A stretch of DNA of 64,000 bases from contig CAVXWZ010000011.1 in the NCBI GenBank assembly GCA_963765575.1, forward strand, positions 448,001 through 512,000. The letters run 5' to 3'. Position numbers and translations under genes: made by a program. Shown piece after piece: positions 8,452 through 18,548 of the stretch. Below the pieces are notes generated by a model. The model ran no database searches. It was not told where the DNA came from and saw only the letters and a list, made by a program, of their open reading frames with translations. Source of the stretch: an uncultured cyanobacterium (GTDB lineage: Bacteria > Cyanobacteriota > Cyanobacteriia > PCC-6307 > Cyanobiaceae). Each line of letters starts with the position of its first letter. Position 1 is the first letter of the stretch.

Positions 8452-11400
8452 TCAAGCCCCGTTGGCGGGCCATGGCGAAGAAGGCCTGCTCAAGCTGGTG
8501 GGCAAGATCCTCACCGTCGTACAGGGAACTCGCCAGCACCTGGTGCTGTAGGGCTCAGGCTTCTCGATCCGCAGGCGGGCGACGTCGCCGCTGAGCTGCC
8601 CCACGATCTCGGCGAACTGCGATGGATCGTGGGCGATCCAGTCGTCGTGGCCCAGGGTCTGGAGGATCGAGCAGGTCATCCGGCCCGCGGTGGTGGCGCC
8701 CAGGATGCCCACCACGGGTACCCCCATCGACAGGGCCTCAAAGGTGGTGGTGGCGCCGGCCCAGGGGGTGGCGTCGAGGGCAATGTCGATCCCCTGGTAA
8801 CAGCGCAGGTGCTCCGCGAAGGTGGCGGTGCGATCCAGGAAGTGCAGGCGTGCCGGATTCACTCCTCGGCGCTCCAGCCCCTCGCGGATGCGCAGTCGCG
8901 GAGCCGCGGAATCACTGGAGACGCTTTTGAGGTGCAGCTCGCAAGTGGGGGTGGTTCGCAGTGCTGCGGCCCAGTAGTCGAGTGTTTCCTGGCGCACCTT
9001 GCCGAACTGGTTGAAGGAGCCCAGCACAGGGGCGGACGGGGCTTGCAGGGTGGAGGCGGCAGCGGGCAGTTCCGGTTGGCGGCGGCTGGCCAGCCATAGC
9101 CGGGGCAGGCGCCAGAGCCCTTCCACGTAGTGATCCGCAAGCTCCGGAGCGGCGGTGATCCTGTCGCCGATGAACCAGTCGATCGTGTCCAGGCCGGTGC
9201 TGGCATGGAAGCCGATGTAGTGGCACTGCACCGGGGCGCAACGCTCAGCGAGCAACTCAAGGCCGCTGTTGGTGGTGAATCCGGAGGTTTCCATCAACAC
9301 GTGGTATGAGCGGCTGCGGAGGCGCCGTCGCGCCTCCTGACGATCCACATCGCCCAGCGGAATCACGGCATCCACATGCCTTCGCAGCTGATCGGCCCAG
9401 GGCGTGTGGTGCTCCTTCACCTCGATGAGCTCGATCTCCAGTCGCTGGCGGTTGTAGTGGCGCAAGAAGGGTTCAAGAAACAGGCTCACCACGTGATCCC
9501 CGATCTCGGCAGAGAGAATGCCCACCCTCAAACGGCCCTGCGCGGATGGGAATGTGAGCGCTCTGCTTGGCGTGGACTCGATCGCTGCATCTGAGCGCAC
9601 CTGGCGCCAGTAGCAGCGCAGGTGGCTGAGGTGCCGGGCCACGGCGTCCCTGCCGGAGATCGAGTGCACGAAAGCCAGCGATGGTGAGCATTCCGATTGC
9701 CTTGATCAGCCGCAAGCAGTTCATTAAGTAGCTGTTCGGCTTCGAGGATCTTCCCTGGGTGACACGCAGGGAGATGGTCTGGGCCAGTGCACCGAGGTGC
9801 CGGTTCTCCCCATGCAGCATCTGTGCCCAGATCGCCTCAGCTTCCTCGTGGCGATCAGGGAGATCGCCGAAGATCGAGGCCTTGCGCAGAAGGGCCTCTT
9901 CGTTTCTGGGATCCTGCAGCAGGGCCTGCTCCAGGCTGGCGAGGGCGTTCTCCCGGTCGCCCAGTTCGTCATAGGCGATGGCCAGGTTGGCGTAGTCCGC
10001 CGATTTCCCTTCGGTCGTTGCCAGCAGCAAGCCGAAGTGCAGCACGGCCTGGTGGAGCACCGCTTCGCTGGCCTGGGGCTCACCTCTTTCACGAAGGGCG
10101 AGGCCCAGTTCCACGAGCAGAGCTGGGTCGCTTGGATTCAGCTCCACGGCACGCTGCAGCAGGGCTGTGGCTTCAGAGCTCGAGCCCAGGCTGAGCAGGC
10201 ACTTGGCGAGGTAGTGCAACGAAGTTGGACAGTTGATGCCCAACTGCATCGCCCGCTGGATCAGTCCCTGGGCGGCAGTCCCATCACGAGCCTGCAGCCT
10301 CTGCCAGGCCTGTTTGCTCAGGTTGAGCTGGAATTGATTGCGGATGGCCTGCTCGGGAGATCCCTGGGGCAGGCATGGAAAACGCCGATCCAGCAGCCGG
10401 AGGCGTCTCGCTGCCATGCCCCGCTCTTCACCGCAAAAACCAAGCTCAAGCAGGCGTTCCAGACGTGCCCGGCTGCGCTCGCCCAAGTAGAAGGCGGAAT
10501 AGGCCCCGAGAATTTCGTCGGCTTCCAGGAATCCGGAGAGGAGCCAGTCGGCCAAGCGACCTCCCGGATCAAGTTCGTCGTAGCGCCGCAGCGGCGGCAG
10601 CAACGGATCCTGAAGGTCCAGCGCTTTGTCAGCTTGGAGCGCCGGGATCAGTTGGCCCAGCGAGCGCACGGCCTCGGTGCGCTCCCCCAGCTCCGCTGCC
10701 ACCCGCACCAGGCTGGCCAGCCCGCTGAGCCGCTGGTTGCCGTGGGCCTGCTCACTCAACAGCCTGTAGCTGCGCTGCAGAGCACCCAGGCGACGAGTGA
10801 CCGGCTGGTCAGGGTCCTGGGAATAGGCCCACAGGGCCAGGGGCTCGGCCAGGCGCCGCGTTTCGCTGCCCTGCTGCTGCTCCCACGTGGAGGCAAGGGC
10901 CTGGCCGTAGAGCCGCTGTGTGAGCGCCCGGCACCAGTGATAAGCCTCCAGCCCTGCTGGTTCGGGGGGGGCTGGGCTGGCGGTGGGCACCAGCCAGCCA
11001 TCGGCTTCCAGGGCCGCTGCGCGATCGGGCTTGGCGGCAAAGAGATTGAGCAGGTAGCCATCCACCCCGTCCGCTGGATCGAAGGGCATCAGGGCATTGA
11101 GCCCGGGGACCAGCCGATAGCAGCCGTAACCGAGGGCCTGGAAGCGCTCCACCAGCTCCAGGTGCAGATCGGCGCCGTCCTTGAGCTCAAACATCACCAG
11201 GGGCGAGAGCTCAGCGAAGAAGCGCTGGCCGCCGGCCAGGATGCGCTCTTCCTCGCCTTCGGCGTCGATCTTGAGCAGGTCCACCTGCTGCCAGCCGAAG
11301 CTGTCCAGGCAGGCATCGAGGGTGGTGAGGGGCACCTCTTCCCCTGGGCCCTGCTGCGGGCCCAGGCTGTTGAGTTCCGATTGGCCCGACATCTGCAGCC

Positions 11401-11768
11401 AGGTCGTGCCGGTGTGATCGGAGAGCGCCTGGCGCTCCAGGTGCAGCCAGGCTGGTGCCATTGGCGGCGATGCTGGCTGCCAGCAGAGCGGCGGTGTCGG
11501 AGGCCGGCTCGAAAGCCCACACCTGCCCGCCGGGCCCCACCCGTCGGGCCAGAGAGAGGGCATAGACGCCCATGTTGGCGCCGATGTCCACCACCGTTTG
11601 CCCTGGCTGCACGAGGCGGCGCAGGAACTTGATTTCGTCCTCAAACCAGTCACCCTGTTCCTGCAGCACGTAGGGCGTGATCTGATCAAGCGAATCGGGC
11701 ACCACCACCTGGGTGCCGTCCACGAGGGTGACGGTGAGGGTGGCTTGGGTGCTGGTCATCGGCGGCAC
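8452..11768 (-). CDS. FkbM methyltransferase - TPR - GT41 (O-GlcNAc transferase/SPINDLY-like) fusion, ~1100 aa, about 4 frameshifts; 3' end approximate
   Basis: FkbM: VVDIGANMGVY, WAFEP, TTLD, LLKIDAEGEE. TPRs: ALLQRAVELNPSD, SLEQALLQDPRNEEA. GT41: RLRVGILSAEIGDHVV, APVQCHYIGF, LGSFNQFGKV, DIALDATPWAGATTTFEALSMGVPVV. Shifts near 11460, 9750, 9670 and 8545. Confidence 0.8.
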
Positions 11769-11795
11769 TGGCTTGCTTCGACGCTAGGTCGAAGC

Positions 11796-12687
11796 TCAGC
11801 TTTCAAGAGCGAGATCTGGCCGGCTGAGCAGCACTGAGCCCAGGTAGCACTCCTGCCACTGCGTGCTCTGGCGGCGGTCCAGTTCGCCCAGCAGCAAGGC
11901 CTGCCAGGTCGAAGGCGTCGTAGAGCTCATGCAGCAGGAATGCCGCTGCCTTGAGCTGACGCTCGCTCCACTGCTCGCGGTGGCGGAAATCGCGCACGTA
12001 GATCGCGTCGGCCCAGAGCAGCTGGCTGATGGCGGCGTTGGGATCGGCACCAAGCTGGAGCGGGCGAAAGGGGCGTCCCATGGTGTAGGCGAAGCGCAGA
12101 AAACTGAAGCCCTGCCGGCGCAGCAAGGCATCCACATCGCCGAACAGGGGCTGGCCTTCGTAGAGCTCCACGAATTCCACCTCGCACTGCAGCACCGCCA
12201 CATCCTTCAGGGTTTCGGTGGCGTGCTCCAGCACCATCCGCTCGGCCCCCTGCACATCGAGCTTGAGGAAGTCGGCCGGCCGTGCCTCCTCCAGGTCGTC
12301 GAGCCGGCGGGTGTGCATGGGCACGTCTTTCTCCACCTGCATCAGGTCTCCCAGGGCCGGGAACAGATCAATGGTGGAGCGGGCCGGCGGATAGAGCGAG
12401 GAGGTCATCGGCACGTTGGTGACGTGCAACGTGTGCTCCTGGCCATCGCCCAGCGCCCAGGGCAGGTAGCGGAGCGCGCCGCTCTGGGCGGCCGCCTGCT
12501 GGTTCAGGCGCTCACACTCCTGCGCCAGCGGCTCGAAGCCGATCACCTCGGCGCAGCCTTCCATCGCCCAGCGCACCCAGGGCTCCGGCTCACCCGCCAG
12601 CGCCAGCGCGCCCACATCCAGGCAGCGCAGCGGCCGCTCCAGCTGCAGAAACTCGAACCAGGAGCGAACGGATGGGGCGGACTCCAA
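11796..12687 (-). CDS. FkbM-family methyltransferase; frameshift near 11910
   Basis: CLDVGA, VIGFEP, SSLYPP, TRRLDD, DFLKLDVQGAE, CEVEFVELYEGQPLFGDVD and QLLWADAIY motifs; TTG start inferred. Confidence 0.85.
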
Positions 12688-12750
12688 GCTGCAGCCGGCT
12701 GATTCCCCCAGGATGCTGGGCCTCAGGCACCCCAGCCACAGCCTGCGCCC

Positions 12751-14072
12751 ATGAGTCGCCCCCGTTCCCTGCGCGAGCGCCTGCAGAGCACCACCTTCCT
12801 GGCGGTGCTGGCCGGCTACGGCGTGCTGCTGGTGCTCAACCAGGGCCTGCAGGTGCTGCAGCGCCGGAGCGCCCACGGCCAGTTGGTGGTGGCGGTGCGG
12901 CAGGAGCTGGACAGCCGGCCGGCTGGAGCTGCCCTCCGTTGGTCCGCTGCGCCTGCCCGGTGGTGATGAGGTGAGGTCGGCGGAAGCAGCGCGAGCCGCT
13001 GCGGATCGAGCGGGCGGGGGAGCAGCGCTGGCTGGTGAGTGCCAGCGCTGGGCTGGAGGTGCGCCAGAACATCACCGCCGCCCTGCAGGCCGAGCGCCGC
13101 GGCCAGTGGCTGCTGCTGGCGGTGGCGGGCTTCTCCAGCCTCGTCACCAGCGCCTTGCTGCGGCCGGTGCTGCGTGATGGCCTGCTGGAGCCGCTCACAG
13201 GTGCTCAGCCAGGCCCTGGCCGCCGCCGAGCCCGATGCCGCCCGGCCGGATCTGATCGTGGAGGCCGAGCAGCCCGATCGAGCTGCAGCCGATCGCCCAG
13301 GCCTTCAACGCCCTGCAGCGGCGGCTGGCGGCAGCTGGGAGCAGCAGCGCACCTTCATCGATGGCGTGGCCCACGAGCTGCGCACTCCGCTCACCCTGAT
13401 CAGCGGCAACGCCCAGCGGCTGGAGCGGCTGCTGGCGGCTGCCGGGGCCACGGTCGCCGTGGCGCCCCTGCGGCCGCTGGGCGCGCAGCATCCAGGCCGA
13501 GGCCGACCGCATGACGCGGCTGGTGCGCGATCTGCTCGATCTGGCCCGCCGCGACAGCGGCCGCCTGGAGCTGACGGCCCTGCCCCTCGATGCCGGCGAG
13601 GCCCTGCTGGCGGCCTACGAGCGGCTGGAGAGCCTGGCCGCCGGCCGGCTGCGCTTGCAGGCGCCCCGATGCCGATGCCGATCTGCGCGTGCGCGCCGAC
13701 CCCGATCGGCTCGGCCAGTGCCTCACCAACCTGGTGGAGAACGCCCTCAAGTACGCCCCGGCCCCCACGCCGGTGGAGCTGGCGGTGGAGCGGTGCGGCG
13801 ACACCGTGGTGCTGCACGTGCGCGACCACGGCCCCGGGATTGCCCCCGAGGAGCGCGAGGCCGTGTTTCAGCTGTTCCAGCGCGGTTCGGCCGCGCCGCT
13901 GGCCTCCGTGAGCGGCAGCGGCATCGGCCTGGCGATGGTGCGGCTGCTGATGGAGCGCATGGGCGGCACGGTCCAGGTGGACGATGCCCCGGGGGGCGGC
14001 GCCGACGTTCAGCTGCTGCTGCCGGCGCTGGCGCCCTCCTTGAGCACGAAGCCCACGCCGCGCACGGTGTGA
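12751..14072 (+). CDS. Sensor histidine kinase (TM-HAMP-HisKA-HATPase); multiple frameshifts
   Basis: Two TM segments; HAMP ([16 protein letters not shown]); H-box [17 protein letters not shown]-box [10 protein letters not shown]1 DHGPGI; G2 GSGIGLA. Confidence 0.85.
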
Positions 14073-14774
14073 ATCAGCTTGGCCTCGCCGGGCAGCTCGA
14101 GCTTGCGGCGCAGGTAGCGGATGTACACATCCAGCAGGTTGTCGTCGCCCACGAACGGGCTCGCCCCACACCGCCTCCAGCAGCGCCAGCCGCTCCTGCA
14201 CCCGGTTGGGCTGGCGCAGCAGCTGCAGCAGCAGGTCGTATTCGCGCACGGTGAGCTGGATCGCGCGCCCGCCCCGGCGCACCTCCCGGGCGGCGGTGTT
14301 CACCCTGAGGTCGGCGAACTGCAGCAGCTCGCTGGCCTCCTCGCCGCCACTGCCGGTGCGCCGCAACCGCGCCCGCACCCGCGCCAGCAGCTCCTCGATC
14401 GAAAATGGTTTGGTGAGGTAGTCGTCGGCGCCGGCGTCGAGGGCCTCCACCCGCTCGCTCACCGCGTCGTGGGCGGTGAGCATCAGCACCGGCGTGCTGA
14501 TGCCGCTGCTGCGCAGGCGCCGGCACACCTCCAGGCCGCTGAAATCGGGCAGGGTCCAGTCGAGCAGCACCAGCTCCAGACCGCCGGCGCGGATGCGCGT
14601 CAGCGCCTGCTGGCCCGTGCCCGCCGTGTCCACCCCGTAGCCCTCGGCCTCCAGCTCGCCCTGCAGAAAGCGGCGCAGCTCCGGGTCGTCGTCGACGATC
14701 AGCAGGTTGGATGCTGATGCAGGTGCTGCTGGTGGCGGGGGCGGTGGCATGGCAGTGGGTGACGGCATCGCCAT
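14009..14774 (-). CDS. OmpR-family response regulator; frameshift near 14160
   Basis: [34 protein letters not shown]-terminal [14 protein letters not shown]...[10 protein letters not shown] in the shifted frame ending at TGA 14009-14011. Confidence 0.9.
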
Positions 14775-14821
14775 CCCCAGCTTGATGCCAAGGCAGGCTG
14801 GAGCCCCATGGGCGTGCTGCC

Positions 14822-16684
14822 GTGCTCGAGCAAGCCCTGCAGGCCTTCGGGTGCGGCGATCTGGCCCGGGCGGAAGCGCTGCTCATCCGCCTCTGGCAGC
14901 AGCAGCCCACGTCCGCGGTGGCGGCTCTGCAGGGCCAGGTGCTGCGGGCCGCCGGCCGCTGGGCCGACGCCATCGCCTGGTTTGAGCGGGCCCTGGAAGC
15001 CGACCCCGGCGATGCCCGGCCCCGCCTGGCCATCGGCCAGATCCAGCGCCAGCAGGTGGATGGCGAGGCGGCGCAGTCCAGCTTCGAGCAGGTGGTGCTG
15101 CAGGCCGGGCTGGCGCTGGCCTTCGGGGCGGATCAGCCCCTGCGGCTGCTGGAGCTGGGGCTGGCCTACGCCGAGCTGGAGCAGCCCGATGACGCCATCG
15201 CCGCATTGCAAGCGGCACTTGCTTCAGATCCAGCGCTGGTTGAGGCCCACCAGACCCTGGCCTCGCTGCTGCGGAAGGAGGGCCAGCTGGGGGAGGCGCT
15301 ACGGCATCACGAAGCACTGGCCCGTCTGCAGACCGATCCCCTGGTGGCCCAGGTAGATGTGGCCCAGTGCCAGCAGATGGCGGGTGACCCGGAAGGAGCC
15401 CTGACGGTGCTGGAAGGGCTCCTGGAGCAGGCCGGACCCGACCCCAGGATCACCGGTTCATTCCTGTTCGTGGCCTCCGTTGCCGGGCGGCGCTGGCTGC
15501 AGCGCCGCTGCGAGGTCGCTGACACGCACTGGCGGCTGCTCGGCGCCGGCACCGCGCCCACACCGCGCGGTGGCCAGGTTGCAACACCCCGCCGCCCCCT
15601 GCGCGTGGGGATTCTCAGCGCCGAGCTGGGCACCCACCCTGTGGGCCATTTCCTGGAATCGTTCCTGCGCCATCACGACCGCACCCGGCTGCAGCTGGTG
15701 CTGATCGAAACCCAGCCGCGCTGGGAAGAGCGCAACCGCACCCTGCGCGCCCTGGCGCACGATTCCCTGCTGCTCCCCCAGGCCGATGCGGCGACGCGCC
15801 GCGCATTGATTCGTGAGCGGGGCTACGAGGTGCTCGTGGAGACGAGTGGCTTCACCACCGCCAGTGGTCTGCCGCTGCTGGCCGAACGCCTGGCGCCGGT
15901 GCAGTGCCACTACGTGGGCTTTCACGCCAGCACCCATCTGCCCACGCTCGATTGGTTCATCGCCGATGCGGCGTTGCTGCCGCCGGAGTTGGAGCCCCAG
16001 TTCAGCGAGCGCATCTGGCGGCTGCCCCGCCCCTGGGCGGCCTACAGCCCGCCAGCCGAGCTGCCGCCGGCCATCTCCCTGCCGGCCTCGGCGGCACCGG
16101 TGTTCGGCTCCTGCAACCAGGTGGCCAAGCTGGGGCCCGCAACGCTCAGCTACTGGGCCGCTGCGCTGCGGGCGGTGCCGGAGGCCGAGCTGCTGGTGAA
16201 GCACCGTCACACCGCTGATGCCGGCGTGCGCGAGCGCATCACTACCACCCTGGCGGCCTCTGGGGTAGATCCCGCCCGGCTGCGCTTCGAGGGCTGGGCC
16301 CCCGACTGGGCCGCCCACATGGCCGCCTACAACCGCATCGACCTGGCCCTCGACGCCACCCCCTGGAGCAGCGCCACCACCGCCTTCGAGGCCCTGGCGA
16401 TGGGCACCCCGCTGGTGGCGATCCGCGGCGCCACCCTGGCCGGCCGCATGAGCACCGCGGTGCTGGAGGGCTTCGGCGAGCCGGGCTGGATCGCCAGCGA
16501 CCTCGAGGGCTTTGCAGCGATCGCCCGCGAACTCACGGCCGATCTGCCGGCCCTGCGCGCCGCGCGGGGCGAGCGCCGGCGGCAGGCCCTGGCGGGCCCC
16601 CTGTTCGATGGCGCCGACCTGGCCCGGGCGCTGGGCGAGGCGCTGGAGGGGATGGCCGGTCAGGCCAGCGGCTCCTTCAGTTGA
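14822..16684 (+). CDS. TPR + GT41 O-linked GlcNAc transferase (SPINDLY-like) family protein
   Basis: N-terminal TPRs; RPLRVGILSAELGTHPVG, LAPVQCHYVGF, FGSCNQVAKL and DLALDATPWSSATTAFEALAMGTP motifs; intact 620-aa ORF. Confidence 0.9.
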   Translation: MLEQALQAFGCGDLARAEALLIRLWQQQPTSAVAALQGQVLRAAGRWADAIAWFERALEADPGDARPRLAIGQIQRQQVDGEAAQSSFEQVVLQAGLALAFGADQPLRLLELGLAYAELEQPDDAIAALQAALASDPALVEAHQTLASLLRKEGQLGEALRHHEALARLQTDPLVAQVDVAQCQQMAGDPEGALTVLEGLLEQAGPDPRITGSFLFVASVAGRRWLQRRCEVADTHWRLLGAGTAPTPRGGQVATPRRPLRVGILSAELGTHPVGHFLESFLRHHDRTRLQLVLIETQPRWEERNRTLRALAHDSLLLPQADAATRRALIRERGYEVLVETSGFTTASGLPLLAERLAPVQCHYVGFHASTHLPTLDWFIADAALLPPELEPQFSERIWRLPRPWAAYSPPAELPPAISLPASAAPVFGSCNQVAKLGPATLSYWAAALRAVPEAELLVKHRHTADAGVRERITTTLAASGVDPARLRFEGWAPDWAAHMAAYNRIDLALDATPWSSATTAFEALAMGTPLVAIRGATLAGRMSTAVLEGFGEPGWIASDLEGFAAIARELTADLPALRAARGERRRQALAGPLFDGADLARALGEALEGMAGQASGSFS

Positions 16685-16688
16685 GCGC

Positions 16689-16838
16689 CTACGCACCACC
16701 CGCATGACTGCGCTGGCTGGCGAGTGCCAAGGAGCTGGCCCGGCGCCTGTCGCGGGATTTCGCCCGTTCCAGGCAGCGAGCACCGAATTGGTGACCAACG
16801 ACCAGATCGACCTGCTGCGTGATCAGGCAGGGGTTTGA
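16689..16838 (+). pseudogene. Degenerate VapB/CopG-type antitoxin
   Basis: Residual RTT start motif without ATG; RHH core missing; C-terminus GFRPF...VTNDQIDLLRDQAGV; TGATG coupling to the PIN toxin. Confidence 0.6.
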
Positions 16839-17280
16839 TGCGGGCCCTGCTCGACATCAACGTGATCATCGCTCTGCTGGATCGGGGGCATGTGCTGCAC
16901 GCCGCTGCCCGCCGCTGGATGGAGCGTGAGATCCACCATGGCTGGGCCACCTCCCCGATCACCGAGAACGGCGTGGTTCGTATCCTGTCGCAGCCTGCCT
17001 ATCCCAACCACCGTCCTGTGGCCGTGGTGGCCAGGCGCCTTGCCGAAGCCTGTAGCCACGCCAGCCATGCCTTCTGGCCCGATCCGATCAGCCTGCTGGA
17101 TCCAGGCTTGATCCGCTGGGAGCGGCTCCTGGGACCTCGACAGATCACCGACAGCTACCTGCTGGCGCTCGCCATGGCCCATGGTGGCCGCTTCGTGAGC
17201 TTTGATCAGCGCATCGGCCGGAACTCGTGCCTGGAGCCAGCGCGGCCCACCTGGCAACGATTGCTGTCACCGACGCCTAG
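16838..17280 (+). CDS. VapC-family PIN ribonuclease toxin; frameshift near 17220
   Basis: MRALLDINVIIALLD..H.LH, ITENGVVRILS, QITDSYLLALA, FVSFDQRI; the natural end ELVPGASAAHLATI...* lies in another frame. Confidence 0.85.
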
Positions 17281-17339
17281 GCCCTGCGGGTCAACGGCCA
17301 GCGGCGCTTTCGGCTTTGAGCAGGAATCCCACGCCGGGT

Positions 17340-17421
17340 GCAGCAGCTGCAGCAGCAGGTCGTATTCGCACCCGGTGAGCTGGATCCCGCAGCCCATGGC
17401 AGCGGCACCACCCGTGTGTTC
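17340..17421 (-). repeat. Degenerate partial duplicate of the response regulator gene (14216-14301)
   Basis: 30-nt exact match GCAGCAGCTGCAGCAGCAGGTCGTATTCGC plus CGGTGAGCTGGATC; encodes [15 protein letters not shown] versus [15 protein letters not shown]. Confidence 0.85.
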
Positions 17422-17467
17422 GTGTTGGCGCGCGTCGCGCCTACGCCCTCCTCACGCACCCCTCTCT

Positions 17468-17660
17468 TCACCGCCTCCACGGCGTAGGTCTGCAGCTCGC
17501 GCAGGGCTGGATCGAGATCCAGGCAGGCCAGCTTGGCCAGCTCTGCCAGGTCGTGGCGGCGGGGCGGCTGCTGGTCGGCCAGCACGATCCAGGCCTTGAG
17601 CATCTTCTCCACCGCCTGCTGGGCGGTGAAACCCCAGTCTTCCTCTTCAGCCGGCGACAT
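17468..17660 (-). pseudogene. HEPN-domain toxin remnant
   Basis: WGFTAQQAVEKMLKAWI...PRRHDLAEL...YAVEA HEPN motifs; N-terminal helix missing; C-terminus truncated. Confidence 0.75.
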
Positions 17661-17952
17661 AGAGCACCCGCCCCTCGCGGGCCACATCGCCCATCACGTG
17701 CCAGCGCGACCCCGCCAGCCGCTCGGGCTTCTGCTGGGGGGTGAGCCGGGGCTCGGCGCAGATCACCGCCAGGTCGAGGTCGGATTCGCAATGGGCGTCG
17801 CCACGGCCTCGGGAGCCAAAGGCCACCACCGCCCGCACACCCGGCACAGCGCAGAGCCGGCGCAGGGCAGCCGTGAGCGGTTCCGGGTCCAGCCCCGGGC
17901 CCAGGGTCACCGGGGCCGGTAGGCCTGTTGGCCATCGGCAAAAGCTAGCCAT
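17647..17952 (-). pseudogene. Minimal nucleotidyltransferase (MNT) antitoxin, probably with an internal deletion
   Basis: VVAFGSRGRGDAHCESDLDLAVI motif and AREGRVLY end; the VDLV strand carrying the third Asp is absent. Confidence 0.75.
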
Positions 17953-18042
17953 GGGGCCATCAGGCCCGGATCGCTGCACAGCCTGGGATTGCGGCAGCCG
18001 TGCCGCCTCCAGCCATGCTGGAGACCTTCCCTTCCCCCCGCC

Positions 18043-18468
18043 ATGCCGCTCCCCCTGCCCGTGGTGCCCACGGCCCAGCTGCCGGCCCTGCCGGCGCTGG
18101 TGACCCTGCTGGCCGTGCTGCTCTACCTGGCCACGGCGCTGCTGGTGGGCCGCGCCCGCTTCCGCCACGGCGTCAAGCCCCCCGCCAGCGATGGCCCCGA
18201 GCCCTTCCAGCGCGCCCTGCGGGTGCAGCAGAACACCCTGGAGCAACTGGTGTTCTTCCTGCCTTCGCTGTGGCTGGCGGCGCTGTTTGCTGATGTCCGC
18301 TGGGCCAGCCTGCTGGGCTTCATCTGGGTGGGCGCCCGGGTGGCCTATGCCGTCGGCTATCTGCAGGCCCCCGAGAAGCGCGGGCCGGGCTTCGGGATCA
18401 GCTTTCTGGCGGCGTTGGCCCTGTGGCTGATGGCCCTGGTGGGGGTGCTGCGGGCGCTGGCGAGCTGA
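18043..18468 (+). CDS. MAPEG family membrane protein
   Basis: VGRARFRHGVKPP...FQRALRVQQNTLEQ...RVAYAVGY motifs, 4 TM. Confidence 0.92.
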   Translation: MPLPLPVVPTAQLPALPALVTLLAVLLYLATALLVGRARFRHGVKPPASDGPEPFQRALRVQQNTLEQLVFFLPSLWLAALFADVRWASLLGFIWVGARVAYAVGYLQAPEKRGPGFGISFLAALALWLMALVGVLRALAS

Positions 18469-18548
18469 TCAGCGGCCGCCGCCGGTATGGGATCACCGGC
18501 ATGGGATGAACTGGCGCGGCATTGTGGGGGCGCTGACCGCCTGCCGCC

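Noticed and set aside
330..17950. The island as a prophage, ICE or integron
   Set aside because: No integrase, transposase, phage or conjugation genes, and no att or attC repeats seen
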